Source: Eledone cirrhosa (taxonomy: Eukaryota). Taken from it: DNA of 64,000 nucleotides. The notes under the pieces were generated by a model that was not told the DNA's origin, made no database searches, and was given only the letters and a program-made list of their open reading frames with translations. A program made the translations under genes and the position numbers. Where the stretch lies: contig OZ024743.1 in NCBI GenBank assembly GCA_964016885.1, positions 351,044,001 to 351,108,000 of the forward strand, written 5' to 3'. This document shows positions 1 to 14,292 of this stretch, in pieces (position 1 is the first letter of the stretch; the number at the start of each line of letters is the position of its first letter).

Positions 1-3000
1 ACTGTTACTACTACTGTTTATGCTGCTGTTGTGTTACTGCTGCTGCTATTACTGTTACTAGTACTGTTGATGCTGCTGCTGTTGTGTTACTGCTGCTGCT
101 ATTACTGTTACTACTACTGTTTATGCTGCTGCTGCTGTTGTGTTACTGCTGCTGCTATTACTGTTACTACTACTGTTTATGCTGCTGCTGTTGTGTTACT
201 GCTGCTGCTATTACTGTTACTACTACTGTTGATCATGCTGCTGTTGTGTTACTGCTGCTGCTATTACTGTTACTACTACTGTTTATGTTGCTGCTGTTGT
301 GTTACTGCTGCTGCTATTGCTGTTACTACTACTGTTGATGATGCTGCTGTTGTGTTACTGCTGCTGCTATTACTGTTACTACTACTGTTTATGCTGCTGC
401 TGTTGTGTTACTGCTGCTGCTATTACTGTTACTACTACTGTTGATGCTGCTGCTGTTGTGTTACTGCTGCTGCTATTACTGTTACTACTACTGTTGATGC
501 TACTGCTGTTGTGTTACTGCTGCTGCTATTGCTGTTACTACTACTGTTGATGCTGCTGCTGTTGTGTTACTGCTGCTGCTATTGCTGTTACTACTACTGT
601 TGATGCTGCTGCTGTTGTGTTACTGCTGCTGTAATTACTGTTTCTACTACTGTTGATGCTGCTGCTGTTGTGTTACTGCTGCTGCTATTGCTGTTACTAC
701 TACTGTTTATGCTGCTGTTGTGTTACTGCTGCTGCTATTACTGTTACTACTACTGTTTAGGCTGCTGCTGTTGTGTTACTGCTGCTGCTATTACTGTTAC
801 TACTACTGTTGATGCTGCTGCTGTCGTGTTACTGCTGCTGCTATTACTGTTACTACTACTGTTTATGCTGCTGCTGTTGTGTTACAGCTGCTGCTATTAC
901 TGTTACTACTACTGTTGATGATGCTGCTGTTATGTTACTGCTGCTGCTATTACTGTTACTACTACTGTTTATGTTGCTGCTGTTGTGTTACTGCTGCTGC
1001 TATTGCTGTTACTACTACTGTTGATGCTGCTGCTGTTGTGTTACTTCTGCTGCTATTACTGTTACTACTACTGTTTATGCTGCTGCTGTTGTGTTACTGC
1101 TGCTGCTATTACTGTTACTACTACTGTTGATGCTGCTGTTGTTGTGTTACTGCTGCTGCTATTACTGTTACTACTACTGTTTATGCTGCTGCTGTTGTGT
1201 TACTGCTGCTGCTATTACTGTTACTACTACTGTTTATGCTGCTGCTGTTGTGTTACTTCTGCTGCTATTACTGTTACTACTACTGTTGATGATGCTGCTG
1301 TTGTGTTACTGCTGCTGCTATTACTGTTACTACTACTGTTGATGATGCTGCTGTTGTGTTACTGCTGCTGCTATTACTGTTACTACTACTGTTGGTGCTG
1401 CTGTTGTGTTAATGCTGCTGCTATTACTGTTACTACTACTGTTGGTGCTGCTGCTGTTGTGTTACTGCTGCTGCTATTACTGTTTCTACTACTGTTGATG
1501 CTGCTGCTGTTGTGTTACTGCTGCTGCTATTACTGTTACTACTACTGTTGATGCTGCTGCTGTTGTGTTACTGCTGCTGCTATTGCTGTTTCTACTACTG
1601 TTGATGCTGCTGCTGTTGTGTTACTGCTGCTGCTATTACTGTTACTACTACTGTTTATGCTGCTGCTGTTGTGTTACTGCTGCTGCTATTACTGTTACTA
1701 CTACTGTTGATGATGCTGCTGTTGTGTTACTGCTGCTGCTATTACTGTTACTACTACTGTTTATGTTGCTGCTGTTGTGTTACTGCTGCTGCTATTGCTG
1801 TTACTACTACTGTTGATGATGCTGCTGTTACTGTTACTACTACTGTTTATGCTGCTGCTGTTGTGTTACTGCTGCTGCTATTACTGTTACTATTACTGTT
1901 GATGCTGCTGCTGTTGTGTTACTGCTGCTGCTATTACTGTTACTACTACTGTTGATGCTACTGCTGTTGTGTTACTGCTGCTGCTATTGCTGTTACTACT
2001 ACTGTTGATGCTGCTGCTGTTGTGTTACTGCTGCTGCTATTGCTGTTACTACTACTGTTGATGCTGCTGCTGTTGTGTTACTGCTGCTGTAATTACTGTT
2101 ACTACTACTGTTGATGCTGCTGCTGTTGTGTTACTGCTGCTGCTATTGCTGTTACTACTACTGTTTATGCTGCTGTTGTGTTACTGCTGCTGCTATTACT
2201 GTTACTACTACTGTTTATGCTGCTGCTGTTGTGTTACTGCTGCTGCTATTACTGTTACTGCTACTGTTTATGCTGCTGCTATTGCTGTTACTACTACTGT
2301 TTATGCTGCTGTTGTGTTACTGCTGCTGCTATTACTGTTACTACTACTGTTGATGCTGCTGCTGTTGTGTTACTTCTGCTGCTATTACTGTTACTACTAC
2401 TGTTGATGCTGCTGCTGTTGTGTTACTGCTGCTGCTATTACTGTTACTACTACTGTTTATGCTGCTGCTGTTGTGTTACTGCTGCTGCTATTGCTGTTAC
2501 TACTACTGTTGATGCTGCTGCTGTTGTGTTACTGCTGCTGCTATTGCTGTTACTACTACTGTTGATGCTGCTGCTGTTGTGTTACTGCTGCTGTAATTAC
2601 TGTTTCTACTACTGTTGATGCTGCTGCTGTTGTGTTACTGCTGCTGCTATTGCTGTTACTACTACTGTTTATGCTGCTGTTGTGTTACTGCTGCTGCTAT
2701 TACTGTTACTACTACTGTTTAGGCTGCTGCTGTTGTGTTACTGCTGCTGCTATTACTGTTACTACTACTGTTGATGCTGCTGCTGTCGTGTTACTGCTGC
2801 TGCTATTACTGTTACTACTACTGTTTATGCTGCTGCTGTTGTGTTACTGCTGCTGCTATTACTGTTACTACTACTGTTGATGATGCTGCTGTTATGTTAC
2901 TGCTGCTGCTATTACTGTTACTACTACTGTTTATGTTGCTGCTGTTGTGTTACTGCTGCTGCTATTGCTGTTACTACTACTGTTGATGCTGCTGCTGTTG

Positions 3001-6000
3001 TGTTACTTCTGCTGCTATTACTGTTACTACTACTGTTTATGCTGCTGCTGTTGTGTTACTGCTGCTGCTATTACTGTTACTACTACTGTTGATGCTGCTG
3101 TTGTTGTGTTACTGCTGCTGCTATTACTGTTACTACTACTGTTTATGCTGCTGCTGTTGTGTTACTGCTGCTGCTATTACTGTTACTACTACTGTTTATG
3201 CTGCTGCTGTTGTGTTACTTCTGCTGCTATTACTGTTACTACTACTGTTGATGATGCTGCTGTTGTGTTACTGCTGCTGCTATTACTGTTACTACTACTG
3301 TTGATGATGCTGCTGTTGTGTTACTGCTGCTGCTATTACTGTTACTACTACTGTTGGTGCTGCTGTTGTGTTAATGCTGCTGCTATTACTGTTACTACTA
3401 CTGTTGGTGCTGCTGCTGTTGTGTTACTGCTACTGCTATTACTGTTTCTACTACTGTTGATGCTGCTGCTGTTGTGTTACTGCTGCTGCTATTACTGTTA
3501 CTACTACTGTTGATGCTGCTGCTGTTGTGTTACTGCTGCTGCTATTGCTGTTTCTACTACTGTTGATGCTGCTGCTGTTGTGTTACTGCTGCTGCTATTA
3601 CTGTTACTACTACTGTTTATGCTGCTGCTGTTGTGTTACTGCTGCTGCTATTACTGTTACTACTACTGTTGATGATGCTGCTGTTGTGTTACTGCTGCTG
3701 CTATTACTGTTACTACTACTGTTTATGTTGCTGCTGTTGTGTTACTGCTGCTGCTATTGCTGTTACTACTACTGTTGATGATGCTGCTGTTACTGTTACT
3801 ACTACTGTTTATGCTGCTGCTGTTGTGTTACTGCTGCTGCTATTACTGTTACTATTACTGTTGATGCTGCTGCTGTTGTGTTACTGCTGCTGCTATTACT
3901 GTTACTACTACTGTTGATGCTACTGCTGTTGTGTTACTGCTGCTGCTATTGCTGTTACTACTACTGTTGATGCTGCTGCTGTTGTGTTACTGCTGCTGCT
4001 ATTGCTGTTACTACTACTGTTGATGCTGCTGCTGTTGTGTTACTGCTGCTGTAATTACTGTTACTACTACTGTTGATGCTGCTGCTGTTGTGTTACTGCT
4101 GCTGCTATTGCTGTTACTACTACTGTTTATGCTGCTGTTGTGTTACTGCTGCTGCTATTACTGTTACTACTACTGTTTATGCTGCTGCTGTTGTGTTACT
4201 GCTGCTGCTATTACTGTTACTGCTACTGTTTATGCTGCTGCTATTGCTGTTACTACTACTGTTTATGCTGCTGTTGTGTTACTGCTGCTGCTATTACTGT
4301 TACTACTACTGTTGATGCTGCTGCTGTTGTGTTACTTCTGCTGCTATTACTGTTACTACTACTGTTGATGCTGCTGCTGTTGTGTTACTGCTGCTGCTAT
4401 TACTGTTACTACTACTGTTTATGCTGCTGCTGTTGTGTTACTGCTGCTGCTATTACTGTTACTACTACTGTTTATGCTGCTGCTGTTGTGTTACTGCTGC
4501 TGCTATTACTGTTACTACTACTGTTGATGATGCTGCTGTTGTGTTACTGCTGCTGCTATTACTGTTACTACTACTGTTGATGCTGCTGCTGTTGTGTTAC
4601 TGCTGCTGCTATTGCTGTTTCTACTACTGTTGATGCTGCTGCTGTTGTGTTACTTCTGCTGCTATTACTGTTACTACTACTGTTGATGCTGCTGCTGTTG
4701 TGTTACTGCTGCTGCTATTGCTGTTTCTACTACTGTTTATGCTGCTGCTGTTGTGTTACTGCTGCTGCTATTACTGTTACTACTACTGTTGATGATGCTG
4801 CTGTTGTGTTACTGCTGCTGCTATTACTGTTACTACTACTGTTTATGCTGCTGCTGTTGTGTTACTGCTGCTGCTATTACTGTTACTACTACTGTTGATG
4901 TTGCTGCTGTTGTGTTACTGCTGCTGCTATTACTGTTACTACTACTGTTTATGCTGCTGCTGTTGTGTTACTGCTGCTGCTATTACTGTTACTACTACTG
5001 TTTATGCTGCTGCTGTTGTGTTACTGCTGCTGCTATTACTGTTACTGCTACTGTTTATGTTGCTGCTGTTGTGTTACTGCTGCTGCTATTACTGTTACTA
5101 CTACTGTTGATGTTGCTGCTGTTGTGTTACTGCTGCTGCTATTACTGTTACTACTACTGTTTATGCTGCTGCTGTTGTGTTACTGCTGCTGCTATTACTG
5201 TTACTACTACTGTTTATGCTGCTGCTGTGGTGTTACTGCTGCTGCTATTACTGTTACTACTACTGTTGATGCTGCTGCTGTGGTGTTACTGCTGCTGCTA
5301 TTACTGTTACTACTACTGTTTATGCTGCTGTTGTGTTACTGCTGCTGCTATTACTGTTACAACTACTGTTTAGGCTGCTGCTGTTGTGTTACTGCTGCTG
5401 CTATTACTGTTACTACTACTGTTGATGTTGCTGCTGTTGTGTTACTGCTGCTGCTATTACTGTTACTACTACTGTTTATGCTGCTGCTGTTGTGTTACTG
5501 CTGCTGCTATTACTGTTACTACTACTGTTTATGTTGCTGCTGTTGTGTTACTGCTGCTGCTATTACTGTTACTACTACTGTTTATGCTGCTGCTGTTGTG
5601 TTACTGCTGCTGCTATTACTGTTACTACTACTGTTGATGTTGCTGCTGTTGTGTTACTGCTGCTGCTATTACTGTTACTACTACTGTTTATGTTGCTGCT
5701 GTTGTGTTACTGCTGCTGCTATTACTGTTACTACTACTGTTTATGCTGCTGCTGTTGTGTTACTGCTGCTGCTATTACTGTTACTGCTACTGTTTATGCT
5801 GCTGCTGTTGTGTTACTGCTGCTGCTATTACTGTTACTACTACTGTTGATGTTGCTGCTGTTGTGTTACTGCTGCTGCTATTACTGTTACTACTACTGTT
5901 TATGCTGCTGCTGTTGTGTTACTGCTGCTGCTATTACTGTTACTACTACTGTTTATGCTGCTGCTGTTGTGTTACTGCTGCTGCTATTACTGTTACTGCT

Positions 6001-7430
6001 ACTGTTTATGTTGCTGCTGTTGTGTTACTGCTGCTGCTATTACTGTTACTACTACTGTTTATGCTGCTGCTGTTGTGTTACTGCTGCTGCTATTACTGTT
6101 ACTGCTACTGTTTATGCTGCTGCTGTTGTGTTACTGCTGCTGCTATTACTGTTACTACTACTGTTGATGCTGCTGCTGTAGTGTTACTGCTGCTGCTATT
6201 ACTGTTACTACTACTGTTGATGATGCTGCTGTTGTGTTACTGCTGCTGCTATTGCTGTTACTACTACTGTTACTGCTGCTGCTATTACTGTTACTGCTAC
6301 TGTTTATGCTGCTGCTGTTGTGTTACTGCTGCTGCTATTACTGTTACTGCTACTGTTTATGTTGCTGCTGTTGTGTTACTGCTGCTGCTATTACTGTTAC
6401 TACTACTGTTTATGCTGCTGCTGTTGTGTTACTACTGCTGCTATTACTGTTACTACTACTGTTTATGCTGCTGCTGTTGTGTTACTGCTGCTGCTATTAC
6501 TGTTACTACTACTGTTTATGCTGCTGCTGTTGTGTTACTGCTGCTGCTATTACTGTTACTGCTACTGTTTATGCTGCTGCTGTTGTGTTACTGCTGCTGC
6601 TATTACTGTTACTACTACTGTTGATGCTGCTGCTGTTGTGTTACTGCTGCTGCTATTACTGTTACTACTACTGTTGATGCTGCTGCTGTTGTGTTACTGC
6701 TGCTGCTATTACTGTTACTACTACTGTTTATGCTGCTGCTGTTGTGTTACTGCTGCTGCTATTACTGTTACTGCTACTGTTTATGTTGCTGCTGTTGTGT
6801 TACTGCTGCTGCTATTACTGTTACTGCTACTGTTTATGTTGCTGCTGTTGTGTTACTGCTGCTGCTATTACTGTTACTACTACTGTTTATGTTGCTGCTG
6901 TTGTGTTACTGCTGCTGCTATTACTGTTACTGCTACTGTTTATGCTGCTGCTGTTGTGTTACTGCTGCTGCTATTACTGTTACTACTACTGTTGATGCTG
7001 CTGCTGTTGTGTTACTGCTGCTGCTATTACTGTTACTACTACTGTTGATGCTGCTGCTGTTGTGTTACTGCTGCTGCTATTACTGTTACTACTACTGTTT
7101 ATGCTGCTGCTGTTGTGTTACTGCTGCTGCTATTACTGTTACTGCTACTGTTTATGTTGCTGCTGTTGTGTTACTGCTGCTGCTATTACTGTTACTGCTA
7201 CTGTTTATGTTGCTGCTGTTGTGTTACTGCTGCTGCTATTACTGTTACTGCTACTGTTTATGTTGCTGCTGTTGTGTTACTGCTGCTGCTATTACTGTTA
7301 CTGCTACTGTTTATGCTGCTGCTGTTGTGTTACTGCTGCTGCTATTACTGTTACTACTACTGTTGATGATGCTGCTGTTGTGTTACTGCTGCTGCTATTA
7401 CTGTTACTGCTACTGTTTATGCTGCTGCTC
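1..7430. repeat. 53-bp tandem satellite built from GCT/ACT/GTT triplets, with a 1962-bp higher-order duplication
   Basis: Unit gctgctgctgttgtgttactgctgctgctattactgttactactactgtt(t/g)at. Variant units recur at +1962 (ORF starts 670/2632, 985/2947, 1565/3527). Confidence 0.97.
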
Positions 7431-7509
7431 TAACTGAAGCCTTTCTCTATCCATGCACTAACACACACACATATCAGTGGTCATGCCTATATCGAAGCTC
7501 TTGGTACAG

Positions 7510-8048
7510 TCGTTGTTATTTGTGGAGTTGTTATTGTTGTTGTTGCTGCTGCTGATGATGCTCCTGTTGCTATTGTTTTTGTTGCTGTTGTTATTGTTAT
7601 TGGTGTTGTTATTGTTGTTCTTCTTGCTTTTGCTGCTGTGCTGCTGCTGCTGTTGTTGTTGCTGCTGCAGTTGCTCTTGTTGCTATTCTTGTTGTTGCTG
7701 TTGTTATTGTTATTGTTCCTGCTATTGGTGTTGTTATTGTTGTTCTTCTTGCTTTCGCTGCTACTGCTGCTGCTGCTGTTGTTGTTGTTGTTGTTGTTGT
7801 TGTTGCTGCTGCTGTTGTTGTTGTTGTTGTTGTTGCTGTTGTTGTTGCAGTTGTTGTTGTTGTTGTTGTTGTTGTGGTGGTGGTGGTGGTGGTGGTTGTT
7901 GTTGTTGCTGTTGTTATTGTTGTTGTTGATGCTTCTGTTGCTATTGTTTTTGTTGCTGCTGTGATTGTTATTGTTCCTGCTATTGGTGTTGTTATAGTTG
8001 CTTTTGCTGCTGCTGCTGCTGTTGTTGTTATTGTTGTTGTTGTTGTTT
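7510..8048. repeat. Compound (GTT/GCT/GGT)n trinucleotide low-complexity tract
   Basis: Direct inspection. Confidence 0.9.
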
Positions 8049-8355
8049 AACACCCCACGGCTACACAGAAGCGTTCTAGCCGTGTCCATTCCATCTGTTC
8101 AGGAAGTATATTTCAAGCTACAAAATGTTCAGTTTTTGTTTTCCTTTCTTGTGTATGTTTGAAGCCGGTTGTCTGTAATTTGAGGGAGATTTGGCTGCTA
8201 TTTCTAGCACATCAAACGACCGCATAGAGGGCTCTGTCTAGTGACGATAGTGATGATGATAGTTGTCATGGCGATGGTGATGATGTTGATGTTGTTGTTG
8301 CCGCAGCCTTTACTGCTGGACATATATGTACCTTTAATTTTAGGCAACTATTTAC

Positions 8356-8670
8356 AATAATTGTTTCTACTTTAGGCACAAGGCCAGCAATTAGCCAGCA
8401 TTACTGGTACTTTATTTTATCGACCCCGTAAGGATGAAAGGCAAAGTCAACCTCGGCGGGATTTGAACTCAGAATGGCAAGGGGCGTAACTCTATGCGTC
8501 AAAGCATGGCGTCCGACCCTCTACCGATATTGCCAGTCCACCTTACAATAATGATTTCTGATTTAGGCACAACGCCAACAGTTTTGGGGGAAAGAGAAAG
8601 TCGATTAAATTGAACTCCAGTGCATTACTGGTACTTTATTCTATCCACCCGGTAAGGACGAAAGGCAATA
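8356..8670 (-). mobile_element. tRNA-derived SINE with Deu/Nin-like central domain: one near-full copy and one partial copy
   Basis: Reverse complement of the 9538 copy: GTTCAAATCC B-box, ctttcatccttacggggtcgataaaataaagtaccagt core, gtagaaacaattatt tail. Confidence 0.85.
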
Positions 8671-8987
8671 ATATTGCTACGGTAGCTTTTTTTTTTATTT
8701 CTTGTTTTTGAATTGTTTATGTCGTTGTTTTTGTCATTGTTGTCGTCCTCGCGGTTGATGTTGTTATTGTTATCGTTGCTGTTGATGTTGTTATTGTTAT
8801 CGTTGCTGTTGATGTTGTTATTGTTATCGTTGCTCTTGATGTTGCGGGGGGGGGGGAGGGTCTATATTGTTGTTATTTTTATCGTTGTTGTTCATGCTGT
8901 TGTAGTCACTAGCCAGCTGCGACTGTCACAATGTTCGGTGTATAATATATGAACATAAATTGATAAATTACACGCATAATACGGTAC

Positions 8988-8989
8988 AG

Positions 8990-9025
<36 letters not shown>

Positions 9026-9217
9026 AAACACACACACACACACACACACATACACGCACACGCATACGTACACACGTACCCACACGTACACACACACGTA
9101 CACGCACACGCACACACGTACACGCACGTACACACACGTACACACACACGTACACGCACACGCACACACGTACACGCATGTACACACACATACACACACA
9201 CGTACACACACGCACGC

Positions 9218-9248
<31 letters not shown>

Positions 9249-9441
9249 GACATACATACACACGTACACACACAGACACACAAACACAAACACACACGTA
9301 CACACACGTACACACACACACACACAAACACAAACACACACGTACACACACACACACACGTAGACACACACACGTACACACACGCACACACACGTACACA
9401 CACGCACACACACACACACACACAGACAGACATACACACAG

Positions 9442-9474
<33 letters not shown>

Positions 9475-9500
9475 AATATATATAGTTACGCACACACACA
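8988..9500. repeat. Compound (CA)n/(CACGTA)n/(TA)n microsatellite
   Basis: Direct inspection. Confidence 0.95.
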
Positions 9501-9537
9501 TATATATGTATATAAGCTTATGAGTGTGTATTATTTA

Positions 9538-9837
9538 GATTGGCAGTATCGGTAGAGGGTTGGACGCCATGCTTTGATGCATAGAGTTACGGCCCTTGCC
9601 ATTCTGAGTTCAAATCCCGCCGAGGTTAACTTTGCCTTTCATCCTTACGGGGTCGATAAAATAAAGTACCAGTAATGCACTGGGTAATTGCTGGCCTTGT
9701 GCCAAAAAGTAGAAACAATTATTTAGAATCTCGCCGAGGTTAACTTTGCCTTTCATCCTTACGGGGTCGATAAAATAAAGTACCAGTAATACACTGGGAT
9801 AATTACTGGCCTTGTGCCAAAAGTAGAAACAATTATT
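9538..9837 (+). mobile_element. tRNA-derived SINE (Deu/Nin-like domain): full copy followed by a 5'-truncated second copy
   Basis: A-box TGGCAGTATCGG, B-box GAGTTCAAATCC, core tttgcctttcatccttacggggtcgataaaataaagtaccag, tail gtagaaacaattatt. The core repeats from ~9730. Confidence 0.88.
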
Positions 9838-10295
9838 AAGAGGTATTAACACATATATGCGAGTTTATAATTATATTCGCACGCACACACACACACACAC
9901 ACAGAGAGACACACAGACACACAGACACACATACACACACACATATATGTATATATATATATATATGGTAGGGAGGTGTCTCTACGTATGCGTATATATT
10001 TGTGCATTATATAGATGTAAAATCACACAGGTACAAGCATACAATTATATATCGTATATATAAGCATGTGCATATTACCAATGTGTGTATCTCCCTCTCT
10101 ATCAGTGCATAACAAATAGTGAGGGAGAGAGGTAGAGAGAAGGAACAGAGAGAGGAGTAGAGAGGAAAAGGGAGTGACAGAGAGGTGGGGGTGGATTGAA
10201 AGAATGGAATTAAAAATCTGTGAAAATGACAGCAGTTTTGTGTAGATGTGTGTATATGTGTGTGTATATGTGCGTGTGTATTTCTGCGTATGTGT

Positions 10296-11362
10296 GTTAA
10301 AATGTTAGTGTATGTGTGTAAGTTAAAATGTTAGTGAATGTGTGTAAGTTAGAATGTTAGTGTATGTGTGTATGTTAAAATGTTAGTGTATGTGTGTATG
10401 TTAAAATGTTAGTGTATGTGTGTATGTTAAAATGTTAGTGTATGTGTGTATGTTAAAATGTTAGTGTATGTGTGTATGTTAAAATGTTAGTGTATGTGTC
10501 TATGTTAAAATGTTAGTGTATGTGTGTAAGTTAAAATGTTAGTGTATGTGTGTATGTTAAAATGTGAGCGTGTGTGTATGTTAAAATGTTAGTGTATGTG
10601 TGTATGTTAAAATGTTAGTGTATGTGTGTATGTTAAAATGTTAGTGTGTGTGTGTATGTTAAAATGTAAGTGTGTGTGTGTATGTTAAAATTTTAGTGTA
10701 TGTGTGTAAGTTAAAATGTTAGTGTGTGTGTGTATGTTAAAATGTGAGTGTGTGTGTGTATGTTAAAATGTTAGTGTATGTGTGTATGTTAAAATGTTAG
10801 TGTATGTGTGTATGTTAAAATGTTAGTGTATGTGTGTATGTTAAAATGTTAGTGTATGTGTGTATGTTAAAATGTTAGTGTATGTGTCTATGTTAAAATG
10901 TTAGTGTATGTGTGTAAGTTAAAATGTTAGTGTATGTGTGTATGTTAAAATGTGAGCGTGTGTGTATGTTAAAATGTTAGTGTATGTGTGTATGTTAAAA
11001 TGTTAGTGTATGTGTGTATGTTAAAATGTTAGTGTGTGTGTGTATGTTAAAATGTAAGTGTGTGTGTGTATGTTAAAATTTTAGTGTATGTGTGTAAGTT
11101 AAAATGTTAGTGTGTGTGTGTATGTTAAAATGTGAGTGTGTGTGTGTATGTTAAAATGTTAGTGTATGTGTGTATGTTAAAATGTTAGTGTATGTGTGTA
11201 TGTTAAAATGTTAGTGTATGTGTGTATGTTAAAATGTTAGTGTATGTGTGTATGTTAAAATGTTAGTGTGTGTGTGTATGTTAAAATGTTAGTGTGTGTG
11301 TGTATGTTAAAATGTTAGTGTATGTGTGAATGTTAGTGTGTGTGTGTGTAAGTTAAAATGTT
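10296..11362. repeat. 26-bp minisatellite (tatgttaaaatgttagtgtatgtgtg)n
   Basis: About 40 tandem units, with an internal ~388-bp block duplication marked by the gtgtctatg and gtgagcgtg variants. Confidence 0.96.
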
Positions 11363-11515
11363 GGTAGTGGTGGTGGTGGTGGTGGTGGTGGTGGTGGTGG
11401 TGGTGGTGATGGTGGTGGTGGTGGTGGTGATGGTGGTGATGGTGGTGGTGATCGTAATAATGATGATGATGTCTCTGATGATGACATCAATATTGATGGT
11501 GGTAATGATGATGAT

Positions 11516-11578
<63 letters not shown>

Positions 11579-11749
11579 TGTATGTATGTATGTATTGTTG
11601 TGAGAGTGGAGAGAGTAAGAAGAGACCAGAAATTAGGGGGAGTAGAGAGAAGAAATAGAATGTGAAAGGAGAGAAAGGTTGAGAAAAAGTAAAAAAAGAT
11701 GAATAAGAGTAAAGGAGGAGGGTGAAGGGGGTGAGGAGAGCAATGATGA

Positions 11750-12020
11750 AGACGGTTGCGGTGTGAATGGAAGTAAGTGCAAGACTGCTGTGGTGAAGCA
11801 GCCTAGCAAGAAGATGATGCAGCGTAGACCGACCTGATCGTTACAGAGTTATCCGCCCTTACCCGTACGGCACAAAGGCAGCCAGCCGTCTGTCTCTCCG
11901 TGTTTAGCTGTCGGTCCCCACTTGCTGCATGATCTTTATCGTGCGAATAGCCGCGGACATATGTAGCCGGCGTTCAGTTTTCACCCGCAGCCGCAGCCGT
12001 CGCCGCCGCCATCCACTGGA
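11750..12020. promoter_or_regulatory. CpG/GC-rich unique patch; candidate promoter or 5' exon
   Basis: Locally GC- and CpG-rich sequence (gcagccgcagccgtcgccgccgcc) in an AT-rich window, with no copy elsewhere in the window. Confidence 0.35.
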
Positions 12021-12310
12021 GAATTAATTTTTTTTTATTTTTGTTTTTTTTTTAAATATTCACTGGCTGCTTTTTTTTTTTTTTTTTTTTGCCATTTGGC
12101 AAACTTCCCTTAATGTTTCCAAAGTTCTCTGAATGGGTTTTCAGACCAGCCTTAATGAGTGAGTGATTTTAGCTCCTACAAGAGCAACCCCATACAACAT
12201 TACAGCACCCCCAAAACGGAGATAAATCAAAGAAGACAGGAACGCATACAAGAACCACGACGCCCTTTTTTAAGCAAGGGGTTATCGTTTTCGTCTTATG
12301 TATTTTACAG

Positions 12311-12361
12311 TGTTTCTAATGATATGCCTTGTTTTCGGAGTCGACCAGGAATGCCAGGCAG
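12311..12361 (+). CDS. Candidate 51-nt phase 2-2 exon (VSNDMPCFRSRPGMPG); gene not identified
   Basis: Acceptor ttcgtcttatgtattttacag, donor CAG|gtagga, length divisible by 3 with an open frame, just downstream of the CpG patch. Confidence 0.3.
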
Positions 12362-12462
12362 GTAGGAATATAGTAATATTCTTATATTCTAACATTCTAA
12401 ATGATCTTTTTATTGTGTCTATCAATAAAATATTATTAAATTGATGCACAATCGTATGTTTA

Positions 12463-12538
12463 CAGGGTGTCCCAAAACGATGTATACACACTTTTATTAG
12501 AGTGATGTTCAAGTGTGTATACATTTTTCGCGGACGCC

Positions 12539-12541
<3 letters not shown>
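12463..12541. mobile_element. 79-bp Tc1/mariner-type MITE, plus a solo TIR at 12608-12638
   Basis: TA-cagggtgtcccaaaacgatgtatacacactt ... aagtgtgtatacatttttcgcggacgccctg-TA (imperfect ~30-bp TIRs, TA target site). Confidence 0.75.
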
Positions 12542-12581
<40 letters not shown>

Positions 12582-12754
12582 TATATATATATATATATAT
12601 ATATATACAGGGCGTCCCCGAAAAATGTATACACACTTATATATGTTTATGTATATATATACATAAATATATATTTATATGTGTGTCTGTGTGTGTATCT
12701 GTGTATATATATACACACACATATATATAGATATACACACACAAATATATATAT

Positions 12755-12789
<35 letters not shown>

Positions 12790-14010
12790 AAACTAGGTTT
12801 ATAGGTGTACAATATGTATATGTCTATAGTTTTCGTATGTACATTCATTTATTTATTCAAGTATTTTCAAATTTATATATTAAAACATACACACATACAT
12901 ATATACATACATACACACATACATACATACACACACACGCATACATATATACATACATACATACACACACACATACATACACACACGCGCGCATACATAT
13001 ATACATACATATATACATACATACACACACACATACACACACATACACACGCATACATATATACATACATATATACATACATGCACACATATACACACAC
13101 ACACACACGCATACATATATACATACATATATACATACATGCACACATACATACACACACACACACGCATACATATATACATACATATATACATACATAC
13201 ACACACACATACACACACACACGCGCATACATATATACATACATACATACACACACACATACACACACACACGCGCGCATACATATATACATACATATAT
13301 ACATACATACACACATACATACACACACACACGCATACATATATACGACATATATATATATATATATATATATACTTACATACATACATTTGTTACTCAC
13401 ATACTACAATCAATACGTGGCTAAGGATACTATGCGGTAAATTTCGAATAATTATATGAAATGGTGCATGTGTGTATGTATATATATTCATGTGTGTATG
13501 TATATATATTCATGTGTGTATGTATATATATTCATGTGTGTATGTATATATATTCATAAGTCTATGTGGTTTTTTTTTTTTTAGTGAATACGTGTACATA
13601 CATATGTGTTCTCTGCCTCATATCATGTTTAATTTAATATAATCGTTCATCAGTATGGGGAACCACATGTCACCCAAATCCTTCTTGCTAGCTTAGAACA
13701 AAAAAACTTGCTTGCTACACCCTACAAAAGTGCGTTTGAGTGTGTGTGATTTATATATGTGTGTATATATATTATATATATATATATGAACACACATAAA
13801 CACATACAAACATATATATATATATAAACATATAAATGAGAGGTATAGAGATTGTTTTAGCAAGAAGCTAACGGCATTCTATAACATATATATATAAACA
13901 TATATATAGATAAATATATATAAATATATATATATATAAATATATATAAATATATATATATGTAAATAAATATAAACATATATATATATAAATATAAATA
14001 TATATATATA

Positions 14011-14168
14011 ACGAAGGCGGTGTAGTAAGGAAGGAACCAGATGGACCATAACGCACCAGAGTACTCAATACTTAGGGTAGTAGAGTGGATAATAGGAAAA
14101 GGTTTAATCCCGACGGCAGAGCTCAAGCCGTTTCGACGGCTATTTCTGTCCAGAAATACATATATATT

Positions 14169-14217
<49 letters not shown>

Positions 14218-14292
14218 CGGAAGAAATGTGGTAAGGAACCAGGTGGACCATAACGCACCAAAGTACTCAATACTTAGGGTAGTAGAGTGGGT
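14011..14292 (-). mobile_element. Two Penelope-like pLTR 3' fragments in (TA)n; the first retains the 3' half of a hammerhead
   Basis: Minus strand: tatttctggacagaaatagccgtc-GAAAC-GGC..GCC-GTC, then ttgagtactct ~55 nt before (TA)n. The second copy (14218-14292) keeps only the 3' end. Confidence 0.6.

Noticed and set aside
31-7437. Dozens of Leu/Cys/Tyr-rich ORFs
   Set aside because: Frame-cycling translations of the 53-bp satellite.
10296-11362. Regular short repeats resembling a CRISPR array
   Set aside because: No unique spacers, no cas genes, eukaryotic context; a plain minisatellite.
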